Source of the DNA: Nitrospirales bacterium | GTDB lineage: Bacteria > Nitrospirota > Nitrospiria > Nitrospirales > UBA8639 | Assembly: GCA_965223295.1 (NCBI GenBank) | Contig: CBDCWC010000003.1 | Span: forward strand, 1,632,001-1,696,000 | Reading direction: 5' to 3' | DNA length: 64,000 nt | Shown: positions 38,675-48,676 of the stretch, in pieces | Layout: the number at the start of each line of letters is the position of its first letter | How positions within the stretch are numbered: the first letter of the stretch is position 1 | Translations under genes and position numbers: made by a program | Notes under the pieces: model-generated | Databases searched by the model: none | Seen by the model: the letters and a program-made list of their open reading frames with translations, nothing else | Told to the model about the DNA's origin: nothing

Positions 38675-39070
38675 CTAAACGTAGGATTCGATTGACGGTC
38701 GCCGCTTGTCTGTGATAGAAAACCAGGTCTTTTTTGAGGGTCAAAAGACCTAGAAAATGAAAGAAGATCAAAGTAATTAAAGGAAGAGGTCCCATTTGAG
38801 TTATTGAAAAAGTAGTCAATTAACAGATATGGCCTAGACCGTCGAGGATAAAATCAGTTCCCGTCCTCTTTTATCTTTTCCTCGAATGTTCCCCGCCGGT
38901 TTAGGAAAAAGCCTTTTTTGGAACTCCACTAAGAGAAATAAAAAGTCTTCAGAAGGGGATAACATAGGAAGTGTAGTCCTCGAGGAAGTGGCAAGGTTGT
39001 TGGTAACAGTTGAGAAAAAGCAGGAAGCTGAATAGGGTTGTATTAGGAATCACGTACACGAGGGGGAACA

Positions 39071-39622
39071 ATGAACGAATACCGAAATCTTCGAAGCTTG
39101 TTTGTCATGGGGTTAGCAGTTGTGGCGATGTCCTTATCGGCTTGTGGCGGTGGCGGCGAAGGTCCACCCAAGCCCCCACCGCCTGCTCCGCCTGAATATG
39201 CAGACAAGCATATGCCGGACGGCTATTGGAACAATCCAGACATCATTGCAGAGGGAAAAGCCATTTATACTGGGCAGCATAACATTGATGTGAACTGTGC
39301 CAGTTGTCATGGAAAAAACGGGAAGCCCGTTAAGGCAGGTGCCAGAGATTTTCGCCGAACTGAGCAAATGGAGTTGTATTCTGACGCGGTATGGTTTTGG
39401 CGAGTCAGCGAAGGAGTGAAAGGCACCAAGATGAAAGCTTGGAAGAGCAAGCTTTCTGAAGAGGAAATTTGGAAAGTGATCGCCTTTGAATCAACATTTG
39501 GTCTTAGTGGCAAGGAATATGATGTCGCTGCAAAAAAATGGGTGGCGGCTGGGACGGCAGGATCGGCTCCCGCAGCAGACGCACCTTCGGCTGAAGCGCC
39601 CGAAGGTGATGCTGCTCATTAA
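39071..39622 (+). CDS. monoheme cytochrome c lipoprotein
   Basis: Lipobox LSAC; CASCH; distal Met (TKMKAW). Confidence 0.92.
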   Translation: MNEYRNLRSLFVMGLAVVAMSLSACGGGGEGPPKPPPPAPPEYADKHMPDGYWNNPDIIAEGKAIYTGQHNIDVNCASCHGKNGKPVKAGARDFRRTEQMELYSDAVWFWRVSEGVKGTKMKAWKSKLSEEEIWKVIAFESTFGLSGKEYDVAAKKWVAAGTAGSAPAADAPSAEAPEGDAAH

Positions 39623-39680
39623 TAACGCCAAAACCTAAATCTCAGGAATCGGAAGAACGTCAAAAGGAGGGGTACGACCC

Positions 39681-41366
39681 TTGAAAACCTTACATCGAAG
39701 TATATGGATGGTCTTAGGCCTGCTTATTGGCGGGGCCGCTCTCGCATATGGGCAGGGTGTTCCCGCACCAGAAGTGGATTTTCCATATACTGGAAACCGA
39801 ACAGCAGTCTGGGTCGTAGCCAATCTGCATATATTATTTGCAGCCTTTATTCTTGGGGCTCCAATCTTTGCCGTGGTGGCTGAATGGCTTGGGTACAAAA
39901 ATAACGATCCGAAGTATGACCGGCTTGCGAAAGAGGTTATTAAAGTTACGGTTATACTCTACAGCATGACGGCTTTAACCGGTGGGTTGTTTATTTTCGT
40001 GCTCTTGGGAACCTATCCCGACTTTTCAACCTGGCTTATTCAGCATTTCTTCTTAGTATTTGCTGTCTTTTATCCAGTGTTGTTTATCATGGAGACCATT
40101 ATCCTCTATACGTATTTCTATTCTTGGGATTCTATGAAGGGTTCTTTGAAAGGGCGTCATATTGCTCTGGGAATTCTCTTGAATATCGTTGGGACCGTGA
40201 CGTTGTTTGTCATTGATGGTCCCACGGCGTTCATGAATACTCCTGCAAAAGCAGCGGAAGGGGTCTCCCTCGTAGAATTCGTCTCGAATGCTGGTTTGTG
40301 GGATAAAATGGCCAACTATAGCTGGATGCCACTGAATTTACATCGGTTAGTCGGGAACGTCACTTTTGGAGGCTTCATTGCAGGTTTGATCGCGGCCTAT
40401 ATGTTTATGCGCTCTAAAACTGATGAAGAGCGATCCTATTATGATTGGATGGGATTTGTAGGCAATATGATTGGGGTGGGAGCCTTACTCTTGCTTCCAT
40501 TCATGGGCTACCTTTTAGCTTATGAACTCTGTGATTATGATGCCTCGATTTGCCCCTATATGATGGCAGACCAATTGTCGATGTTCTTCGAAATGCAAGG
40601 GGCAATGATTGGTTTGATATTTTTAGCAAGCAACTATTACATTTGGCTTAGTCTCAAGCGCATTGATGGCGTTGAGAAGATCAGAATTTCAGGATTTGTG
40701 GCGTTAGCTGTGCTGATTATGCCGGCTGTTATGGGGATGGCGTGGAAAATGTTTCCCCCTCCTGAGTGGCAGTCCTTGATTTATTTGGCAGCAATTGTCA
40801 TTGCGCCAATGGTTCTCGGCAGGGTTCCCGGGCTCAGTAATTTCACCGTTTCCGCGTTTACAATGATCAAAGTCGGGTTTTTGATGATTGTCGTGGCTGA
40901 TGCCATTTGGATGACGCCTCATGGTTTTGTCGCCACGCAAGGTCTGGCGACGCATGATCTCGAGTTGCCGGAATGGGCCGAAGAATTGGCCTTGATGCCG
41001 GCCAAAAATGCGGCGGCGTTCACGCTTGTGTTTCTCACGATTGTGAACTACATCATGTATAACCGGGCCATCAAGCAAGGAACGATTATTTGGGGGAAAA
41101 TAGATTTTGCCTCACAATTTGTCTTGATTTTCTTAGCATTTAGCGCAATTTGGACCATGGGTTTGATGGGAACCGTTCGGTCACTCACCAGAAAATATTT
41201 CCATGTCTATAATCTTGTTCCAGATTTTTCAGCCGAGGCCTTTACGCCGACATTATCGTACTCGGCTTGGTGGATTACGGGAGTCACGATTGTATTCTAT
41301 GCGGTGGTTAGTTTTGCCATTCTGGTCACTCTTAAGCCAGTCAATCCAAAAACGGCAGCTTCTTAG
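39681..41366 (+). CDS. cytochrome bd-like oxidase subunit I homologue (copy 1)
   Basis: CydA-like N-terminus (NLHILFAAFILG, YDRLAKE, LHRLVGN); polytopic membrane protein. Confidence 0.8.
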   Translation: MKTLHRSIWMVLGLLIGGAALAYGQGVPAPEVDFPYTGNRTAVWVVANLHILFAAFILGAPIFAVVAEWLGYKNNDPKYDRLAKEVIKVTVILYSMTALTGGLFIFVLLGTYPDFSTWLIQHFFLVFAVFYPVLFIMETIILYTYFYSWDSMKGSLKGRHIALGILLNIVGTVTLFVIDGPTAFMNTPAKAAEGVSLVEFVSNAGLWDKMANYSWMPLNLHRLVGNVTFGGFIAGLIAAYMFMRSKTDEERSYYDWMGFVGNMIGVGALLLLPFMGYLLAYELCDYDASICPYMMADQLSMFFEMQGAMIGLIFLASNYYIWLSLKRIDGVEKIRISGFVALAVLIMPAVMGMAWKMFPPPEWQSLIYLAAIVIAPMVLGRVPGLSNFTVSAFTMIKVGFLMIVVADAIWMTPHGFVATQGLATHDLELPEWAEELALMPAKNAAAFTLVFLTIVNYIMYNRAIKQGTIIWGKIDFASQFVLIFLAFSAIWTMGLMGTVRSLTRKYFHVYNLVPDFSAEAFTPTLSYSAWWITGVTIVFYAVVSFAILVTLKPVNPKTAAS

Positions 41367-41422
41367 CTGCTTGTCTTGATTGTGAGGGGTAGAGAGAACG
41401 AATTTCGAAGAAAAGGAATTGT

Positions 41423-42232
41423 ATGGCTAATCAAAGCTTCATGAAAAGTGTTCTGAAAAAAACAGTCATCGGAATTATCATTGGAGTCATTTTAGTTGTT
41501 GTGGCTCAGATGACGCATTTTCCGCATGTCTTTCAGGTGATGTTCTTCATCTATGCCATGCTTGGAACACTCGTGTTCATCCTGTTGGATGCACCTCCGA
41601 TGACACGATTAGAAGGGATGAAGGCTTTGGGGGCGTTGGTAGTTTTTTATCTCCTCCTTTCTGGAATGTATATCGCTGGGGCTTCAATTCTTCCTCAATT
41701 TGACCCCGCTATTGAAGCAGGAAAAATCGAAAAACTTTTGAAAGCCCGCAGAGCTAGGACGGAGCAGGGTAAGGCCGATGAGCTCATTGCCCGAGCAAAA
41801 GAGCTGGATGAGAGAGCCAAGGCTATTTCCAAGCAGCTGGCATCATTGGGTGGTGCGGCTCAACAAGTTGAAGTAGTCGAAGAGAAGAGTGGAGGTGGAG
41901 CGGCTTCTGGTGATCTTATTGCGCTTGGCAAGGAACAATGGGAGCTGCAGGAATGTTATAACTGTCATAAATTATTTGGTTCTGGCGGGAAAAAGCGAGG
42001 GCCCGTCCTTGATAATATTGGCAATCTGATGACTCCAGAAGCTCTTCGAGACAAGATTTTGAACCCAAAAAGTTGGATGGCAGAAGGCTTTGAGAAGCAA
42101 TATAAGAAGGGGAAGATGCCAGATAAATATCGTGATCTGATGTTTGAAGAAGAAGTCGATGCACTGGTGGCATTCTTGGCATCGTTAAAGGATGCCTCAG
42201 TGGAAACGCCAAAGCCAATTAAGATGAATTAG
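41423..42232 (+). CDS. membrane-anchored cytochrome c
   Basis: Three TM helices, a coiled segment, CYNCH and GKMP. Confidence 0.9.
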   Translation: MANQSFMKSVLKKTVIGIIIGVILVVVAQMTHFPHVFQVMFFIYAMLGTLVFILLDAPPMTRLEGMKALGALVVFYLLLSGMYIAGASILPQFDPAIEAGKIEKLLKARRARTEQGKADELIARAKELDERAKAISKQLASLGGAAQQVEVVEEKSGGGAASGDLIALGKEQWELQECYNCHKLFGSGGKKRGPVLDNIGNLMTPEALRDKILNPKSWMAEGFEKQYKKGKMPDKYRDLMFEEEVDALVAFLASLKDASVETPKPIKMN

Positions 42233-42249
42233 GGAAATCGCAGGATTTT

Positions 42250-43194
42250 ATGCAACCTAAGCTGACAGCTAAAGCTCTATGTGGAGACCAGGAAATCGGC
42301 AAGATTTCCAAAGTGATTGTTGATCCTTTGTCACATGAAATTAGCCATGTGGTGGTCAAAGAAATGGGAGCTCAGGAGCTTGATCGGCAAATCCCAATAG
42401 GGCAAGTACAGCAGATTGTGAATGAAGAAGAGATTATTCTTCGCTGTTCCCCTGAAGAGTTTAAGAGCTTTCCTGTTATTGATCGTGATCAATATGTCAC
42501 GATTCATGATGTAGAAATCGCCCATCTTGAAGATAATCTTCATGTTGAGCCCGGCGAAGTCCTCGTTCCACTTCCTCGTCTGGAGCAGGGAGTCCCTCGA
42601 AGGACATTTTTTAACAATATGACACATGCGATTGGGACGCTTATCGCACTGCCTCTGGCATTTCCTGTCTTAAAGTACCTCATGAAGCCCATGTTTAAAC
42701 CGTTCGATAATTCCTGGTTTTCTGTGGGGAATGTGAAGAAGATTAAGCAGGAAAATATTGGGTTTCAGTTTAAATTTAGCCGTGGATTTAAAGAAGCATT
42801 CATGCCTGAGCAGCAGATTGAGAAGAATATTTGGGTTGTCAAAGCCACCCCTGAGGTGCAAAAGGCGGTGTATGGGGGTAAAGATGCGAGGTTTCTTGAC
42901 AACAAAGGCCAGGTTCTTCATGTAAATAAAGCCAATTCACCATATATAGGATTTTCTGGTAAGTGTCCACATTTGGGATGCGGGTATAAGTGGCGAAGGA
43001 CAAAAAGTAATCCAGATGGAGTGTTCCTCTGTCCCTGTCACCTAAGTCTTTATGATGCTGCTGGCAAGGTGATTGATGGTCCAGCCCCTCGTGGTCTTGA
43101 TGTTCTCCCGATGGATGTGAATGCCGCTGGCGAAATTAAAATTATCGATATTGAATACAAAGCTGGCGTGAATAAGCAGATCCGGCTTCTGTAA
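42250..43194 (+). CDS. qcrA: Rieske iron-sulfur subunit with N-terminal PRC-barrel-like domain
   Basis: CPHLGC and CPCHLS boxes; GPAPRGL; internal RRTFF followed by a TM helix. Confidence 0.9.
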   Translation: MQPKLTAKALCGDQEIGKISKVIVDPLSHEISHVVVKEMGAQELDRQIPIGQVQQIVNEEEIILRCSPEEFKSFPVIDRDQYVTIHDVEIAHLEDNLHVEPGEVLVPLPRLEQGVPRRTFFNNMTHAIGTLIALPLAFPVLKYLMKPMFKPFDNSWFSVGNVKKIKQENIGFQFKFSRGFKEAFMPEQQIEKNIWVVKATPEVQKAVYGGKDARFLDNKGQVLHVNKANSPYIGFSGKCPHLGCGYKWRRTKSNPDGVFLCPCHLSLYDAAGKVIDGPAPRGLDVLPMDVNAAGEIKIIDIEYKAGVNKQIRLL

Positions 43195-43229
43195 GAGCAG
43201 TACTCTTTTCATTCAAGGAATTTTCCTTC

Positions 43230-44342
43230 ATGCAGCAGGACTCCCAGTCAGTCAACGAACCCAATCCATTTGAAAAAGTTGTTGAATTTGTTGATGAACG
43301 GGTTGGCCTGAAAACCATTCAAGCCAAAATGCTCAACGAGCCCATACCAGGCGGGTCTCGGTGGGCTTATGCCTTTGGGTCAGTCCTCCTTTTTATTTTC
43401 ATTCTCCAGGTGGTCACTGGGATATTGTTGATGTTTTATTACGTCCCCAGTACCGATCATGCCTACGACAGTACTCAATACATCATTCATGAAGTTGACT
43501 ACGGGTGGTTTCTTCTGAGCTACCATTTTTGGGGTTCATCGGCTATGGTCGTCATGGTGTTTGCCCATATGTCTCAAGTCTTTTTATGGGGCGCATATAA
43601 AAAGCCTAGAGAATTGATATGGCTTGTCGGTCTGGCGCTTTTTGGAATTGTGATGGGGTTCGGATTTACCGGATACCTCTTGCCGTGGGATCAACGAGCC
43701 TATTGGGCTACGGTGGTGGGGGTCGAAATTATGGACAAAACTCCCATTGTGGGAGATTTTATGGCCAGATTTCTGAAGGGTGGTCCTACGCCCGGTCAAA
43801 TGACGCTCAGTCGATTTTTTGTCATACATGTCATGGTCTTGCCAGCGGCATTAGCCGGATTAGCTGGCCTTCATATCTTCCTGTTTAGAAAAGCAGGACC
43901 TGCCGGACCGTTTAGAGGAAGTCCGGAGGAGATCAAGGCTAAGACAGATTACTTCTTTCCGCGTCAAATTTGGAAAGATATTGTGGCGATGGCCACTGTG
44001 TTTCTCATTATCTGTTCTTTAGCGTTTATTGAGCCTGTTGTCTTGCTTGAGCAGGCGACTCCCGATCCTGGCGACTATCATCCAGAGCCAGAATGGTATT
44101 TTCTCTTTCTCTTTCAACTACTCCGCCTAAAAATGTTTGGAGGAGAGTTCGGGCAATTTCTTGGGGCTATAGCCATCCCTGGAGCGTTTATGGCTTTCCT
44201 GGCCGCTCTTCCTTTTATCGACACGAATCCTGAGCGAAATCTTTTTAAGCGCCCGGCCGCTCTTATTGGATGGACTCTAATAATGGTTATTATTTTGGTG
44301 TTTACCGTCTCAGCCATTATCAATCGAGAGTTTTTACATTAA
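43230..44342 (+). CDS. qcrB: cytochrome b subunit of a bc-type complex
   Basis: TGILLMFYY, GYLLPWDQRAYWA, RFFVIH, PEWY. Confidence 0.95.
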   Translation: MQQDSQSVNEPNPFEKVVEFVDERVGLKTIQAKMLNEPIPGGSRWAYAFGSVLLFIFILQVVTGILLMFYYVPSTDHAYDSTQYIIHEVDYGWFLLSYHFWGSSAMVVMVFAHMSQVFLWGAYKKPRELIWLVGLALFGIVMGFGFTGYLLPWDQRAYWATVVGVEIMDKTPIVGDFMARFLKGGPTPGQMTLSRFFVIHVMVLPAALAGLAGLHIFLFRKAGPAGPFRGSPEEIKAKTDYFFPRQIWKDIVAMATVFLIICSLAFIEPVVLLEQATPDPGDYHPEPEWYFLFLFQLLRLKMFGGEFGQFLGAIAIPGAFMAFLAALPFIDTNPERNLFKRPAALIGWTLIMVIILVFTVSAIINREFLH

Positions 44343-44348
44343 GCGCTC

Positions 44349-45227
44349 ATGACAATGTCGAATATTAAATTGGGCCTTCTTGTTTTTTGGCCCACATTTT
44401 GGACCGGGTTTCCTATTAAGTTGGCTTTTGCTCTCTTGATGCTGGCCGCACATATGCATCCTTGGGAGGGTTCGGGCTTATTCCTCCTGTTACTTATTTC
44501 AATTCCAATAGACATTTGGGCTTTAGGTCTTTGTGCCAGAACGGTATTTATTGATCGTCTGAAGGTCGACCCTCAACCTGGGTTTGCTCCTAACCTTTGG
44601 GTTCGCTGGGCGGTTTTTTCTGCTATTGCGTTGCCATTAATCAAAATGATCGTTTCGGGTGTAACTGGGGTGGCAAAATCTGTCACATCTAGTATTATTC
44701 ATTCCGTCAAAGAAAGTATCTGGCCGACACTACCGGTCGCTGAACAAATAACAATTGAACTTGTGATGTGGGGAACCGTATCTTCAGCGGTCCTGATTCT
44801 TTGCATTTTGGGGTGGCTATATGGCTTAGGATGGCTGACTCAACCATTTGTGAGAAATGCCAAACCTTTGGATGGAACAGAGGAAGAACGAGCAAGTTTT
44901 TGGGATGGTCTTCGCATTCCCGCAGACCAGCCGCTACTCTTGACTGCGTTTACGGGTGCTGGCGTGGTCTTGGTCTTCGTTTTCTGGGCTTTATTGCCTC
45001 CATCAACTCCTCATCCCCATGAAGAATATGAATTTATTTCCTCTGGTACTCAAGAAGTTAAAGTGGAGCCTAAAAAAGTCTTAAAAGAAGCTGAAAAGGT
45101 CTTGGTCAAAGCTGAGTTAGTTGTCAAAAAGCTTGAAGAAGAAAAGGGTGACGAGCCAAAAGATTTCAAAGATGAAAAGGCGGCAGAACCGAAAACTAAA
45201 GATGCTCAACCTGAAACGAAAAAATAA
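44349..45227 (+). CDS. hypothetical membrane protein in the respiratory cluster
   Basis: Multiple TM helices, PHPHEEY, charged tail; starts 6 nt after qcrB. Confidence 0.8.
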   Translation: MTMSNIKLGLLVFWPTFWTGFPIKLAFALLMLAAHMHPWEGSGLFLLLLISIPIDIWALGLCARTVFIDRLKVDPQPGFAPNLWVRWAVFSAIALPLIKMIVSGVTGVAKSVTSSIIHSVKESIWPTLPVAEQITIELVMWGTVSSAVLILCILGWLYGLGWLTQPFVRNAKPLDGTEEERASFWDGLRIPADQPLLLTAFTGAGVVLVFVFWALLPPSTPHPHEEYEFISSGTQEVKVEPKKVLKEAEKVLVKAELVVKKLEEEKGDEPKDFKDEKAAEPKTKDAQPETKK

Positions 45228-45330
45228 TACAAAAGACGAGAAATTTTGGCTAGTAAGAGGATTATGGCATGCGTTATAAGTATGCGAAACAAGTTTTCAT
45301 GCTTCAAAATGACCGACTGAAGGGGGCCTA

Positions 45331-47208
45331 ATGATGAAAGCGGCCAACCACATAGAATCATCCAGCCAGATTCGTCTCCTGGAAAAAATGCCTTCTATTT
45401 TTAAGTGGGTGAGTTTCCTTTCTGTCTTATTACTTCCAGTCATTGCCATGGCAGCAGGTGCGGATACGAAAGCCATGTCGGTGGAGTATCGTGATGTCCC
45501 GGGTATTGGGGCCAGAAACTTAGTGTGGGTGGTTGCCCAACAACATTTGTTGTTGGCCGGATTCGTGTTGGGCGTGCCAATTTTTGGTTGGGTCTGCGAG
45601 TTAGTTGGCTGGAAAACCAAAGAAGCTCGCTATGACAAATTAGCCAAAGAGTTTACGAAACTTCTCACCTCGGCTTATGCCACTACAGCTCTTTTCGGTG
45701 GTATCCTGTTGTTTTTGCTCATTGGCTTATATCCAAAGTTAATGGCCTATTTGACAGATATGTTTTTCCCATCGTTCCTCATCTACTGCTTACTGTTCTT
45801 AGCTGAGACCGCGACTCTGTATATGTATTGGTACGGTTGGGATTATATGCAGGGGAATAAGAAAGTCTTTCATTTATTTTTGGGCTTTCTTCTGAATCTG
45901 TTTGCTATTGGCATTATGATTGTTCCCAATTCTTGGGCTACCTTCCAGGCCAGTCCTGTCGTGGTGGCTGATGGGGACGCATGGACACGAGCATGGGCTG
46001 CCATGCATAACCCCACTTGGTGGCCGGTGAATATTCATCGCCTGATTGCCAATGTGGTGTTAGGCGGGTTTATCGTTGGTGCCTATGCTGGGATCCGGTA
46101 TCTCTTAGCTGTTTCACGCGAAGAGCGAGAGCATTACGACTGGATGGGTTATGTCGGGAACTTTATTGGGGTATTTGGAATGTTACCTCTTCCCTTTGCT
46201 GGCTATTGGCTGATGCGTGAGGTCTATCAGTACAACCAGCAAATGGGCATTACTCTGATGGGTGGATTTTTAGCATGGCTGTTTATTCTCCAGGCGATGT
46301 TAATTGGTGTTCTTTTTTTGGGTGCCAACTATTATTTCTGGATGGGTATTACCTATAGGATACCTGGGTCTGAAAACGCCTATAAGAAACCTATTATGGC
46401 CATGCTCGTCGTTCTCCTACTCTGTCTCGGCGTATGGATGACTCCGCATTCTCTTGTCGCAAGTTTGGCAGAAGCCCAGAAAATGGGAGGGACTCATCAC
46501 CCTCTGCTGGGAGTCTTCGGGGTAATGTCGGCCAAGATGACCGTGTCGAATCTCATGATTCTTGTGACCTTTATGAGTTTTATTATGTATTGGCGTGCGG
46601 GGAAACAGGAGACGGCCGGATGGGCCAAAGCGGCAAAAGCTATTATGGGGGCTCTGCTTTTCATTGGTGGGGTTGCCGTCATTGTTCTGGGAGTGTGGGG
46701 CTATTTCGTCCCGGCCATTATCCGAATCAATTACTTCTCCGTGGCCCAGGTGCTCATTGTCTTGTTTATTATGATTACGTTTACACCGTTAACGGCATTG
46801 TTAATGAAGAGTGCAAAGACAACAACTGAAATGGTCTGGGGGCAAATGCCAATACGCGCGGGATACAGTTTAGTCTTGAATGCCGTGATGGTTATTCTCT
46901 TGATGTCTCTCATGGGATATGCGCGATCCTCCTCACGAGTGCATTGGCATATTTATGGAGTGATGCGAGACACCTCGGACTATGCTTATTCCCCTGCATT
47001 AGGTTATGCCGCGGCATTCATGTCTCTGAATACGTTTGTGTATTGCTTGCTTGTTGCATTTATTTTTTGGGTGGCGACATTGGGAGATAAGGCAAAAGCT
47101 CAGCAAGCCAAAGCACCATTGCCTGTTGGGGGCGCTCCAGCAATGGCTGGCGGAGCACCAAGTGCCACTGAAACTACTGGATCTGGGGTCCTCGAAAACC
47201 ATAAGTGA
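45331..47208 (+). CDS. cytochrome bd-like oxidase subunit I homologue (copy 2)
   Basis: QQHLLLAGFVLG, YDKLAKE, IHRLIAN, WMTPH...GGTHHP; clear paralogue of 39681-41366. Confidence 0.82.
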   Translation: MMKAANHIESSSQIRLLEKMPSIFKWVSFLSVLLLPVIAMAAGADTKAMSVEYRDVPGIGARNLVWVVAQQHLLLAGFVLGVPIFGWVCELVGWKTKEARYDKLAKEFTKLLTSAYATTALFGGILLFLLIGLYPKLMAYLTDMFFPSFLIYCLLFLAETATLYMYWYGWDYMQGNKKVFHLFLGFLLNLFAIGIMIVPNSWATFQASPVVVADGDAWTRAWAAMHNPTWWPVNIHRLIANVVLGGFIVGAYAGIRYLLAVSREEREHYDWMGYVGNFIGVFGMLPLPFAGYWLMREVYQYNQQMGITLMGGFLAWLFILQAMLIGVLFLGANYYFWMGITYRIPGSENAYKKPIMAMLVVLLLCLGVWMTPHSLVASLAEAQKMGGTHHPLLGVFGVMSAKMTVSNLMILVTFMSFIMYWRAGKQETAGWAKAAKAIMGALLFIGGVAVIVLGVWGYFVPAIIRINYFSVAQVLIVLFIMITFTPLTALLMKSAKTTTEMVWGQMPIRAGYSLVLNAVMVILLMSLMGYARSSSRVHWHIYGVMRDTSDYAYSPALGYAAAFMSLNTFVYCLLVAFIFWVATLGDKAKAQQAKAPLPVGGAPAMAGGAPSATETTGSGVLENHK

Positions 47209-47214
47209 GGCATC

Positions 47215-47865
47215 ATGAGTGAAGTTGCGTTACTTCAAATAATCGGTCTGTGCGTCGTTGGTGTCGGGATTCTTATCCTATTGTTTATCAAAGGCATGTT
47301 TACTCGTGTTCTAGGGTTTGTGGCCATGGTGTTGGGGTTGTTTAGCTTGATTGCCTTAGGGGTTCCGCAAATGGCATCTCTCCCGCCAGCTATAGAAACG
47401 TTTGATCTGGCGGAAGTAAAGACTCCAAGCGATTTAGCTTCAATTGGGCAAAAAATCTTTTTCAGTAAAGGCCAATGCGCATTGTGTCATTCCATTGGGC
47501 CAAGTGAGTCCGCTCGTTGTCCAGATTTAAATGGCATTGGGGCAAAGCTCTCTCCTGAATTTATTTATGAAAGTCTGACAAAGCCACAGGCCTATATTTA
47601 TTTGGATTTTCGTCATGCGACAAAACCTGAAGAATATCCCGCACGAATGCCGCATATTGATAAAGATCCCATTGGGCTGACCAAGCCGGAAATTTATTCT
47701 GTGATTGCGTTCCTTCAAAAAATGAGTGGGGAGCCAATCAGCGTCAAAGTTGAAGATATTATGAAACCGGATGAGGAAGAGACCGAAGAGGTGGAGGTTG
47801 CCTCAATTACTGATTCCCATTCGGTCGAATCGGTAGAGGAAGAACGTGCAATGGTTGCTCGATAG
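47215..47865 (+). CDS. membrane-anchored cytochrome c
   Basis: Two TM helices, CALCH, ARMP. Confidence 0.9.
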   Translation: MSEVALLQIIGLCVVGVGILILLFIKGMFTRVLGFVAMVLGLFSLIALGVPQMASLPPAIETFDLAEVKTPSDLASIGQKIFFSKGQCALCHSIGPSESARCPDLNGIGAKLSPEFIYESLTKPQAYIYLDFRHATKPEEYPARMPHIDKDPIGLTKPEIYSVIAFLQKMSGEPISVKVEDIMKPDEEETEEVEVASITDSHSVESVEEERAMVAR

Positions 47866-47898
47866 GAAGATGGGGAACCGGAACACAGGAGGAACAAT

Positions 47899-48624
47899 AT
47901 GAGAGGTCCAATTGCGAGCGGGGCAATTTTGATGGTCGGGATGTTTATCTTCCTGAAGTTTCTTCTCCCGTTAGTCACAGCCCCATTGCCTGCCAGTTTG
48001 ATCTATTTGTATTTAGCCCTCACATTAAGTGGCATCATGATTTATGGCACGATGAGCGCTTCTTCATTGGAGGCCCTCATGGGACCTGTTTTTCGGTTTT
48101 TAGCTGGGGAGGGGCAGTCAGGGATTGGACAGATGGCGCGATTGGCCGTGTTGGTGCTTTTCCCGTTATTGGTGGGTTGGCAAACCTATACACGTTTGGC
48201 TCCCAGTGATCTTCCTCCGGCAGAAAATAGAACCATTCACCCAGCCCCACCTGGAGAATTTGTGGGATTAGCAAATCCGTATCAAAATAATGAAGCCAAT
48301 ATTAATATGGGGAAGGGACTCTATGCAGCATATTGTTCGCCTTGTCATGGAGCGAATTTTGACGGGAAGGGACCTGCTGCACCAGGGTTCAATCCTCCTC
48401 CGGCGAATTTTGCCGACCCTGGGACCATTGCTCAGTTACAGGAATCCTATTTATTCTGGCGGATCAAAAAAGGTGGTGTTGGATTACCTGTAGAGGGCAT
48501 GCCCTGGAAGTCGGCTATGCCGCGCTGGGAAGTGGAGTTGCCTGATGAATTTATTTGGAAAATTATTATGGGCGAATATGATGGGGCGCATCAGTCTCCC
48601 AGGACGTGGGAAGAAGAAGAATAA
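47899..48624 (+). CDS. membrane-anchored cytochrome c
   Basis: Three TM helices, CSPCH, SAMP. Confidence 0.9.
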   Translation: MRGPIASGAILMVGMFIFLKFLLPLVTAPLPASLIYLYLALTLSGIMIYGTMSASSLEALMGPVFRFLAGEGQSGIGQMARLAVLVLFPLLVGWQTYTRLAPSDLPPAENRTIHPAPPGEFVGLANPYQNNEANINMGKGLYAAYCSPCHGANFDGKGPAAPGFNPPPANFADPGTIAQLQESYLFWRIKKGGVGLPVEGMPWKSAMPRWEVELPDEFIWKIIMGEYDGAHQSPRTWEEEE

Positions 48625-48676
48625 TAACCGTGGCTCGTCCATTAATTGAGAGCGGTGTATGTGTGGAGAAACAAAT

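Noticed and set aside
38803-38820. ATTGA-N8-TCAAT palindrome upstream of the respiratory cluster as an FNR box
   Set aside because: Spacing does not fit TTGAT-N4-ATCAA.
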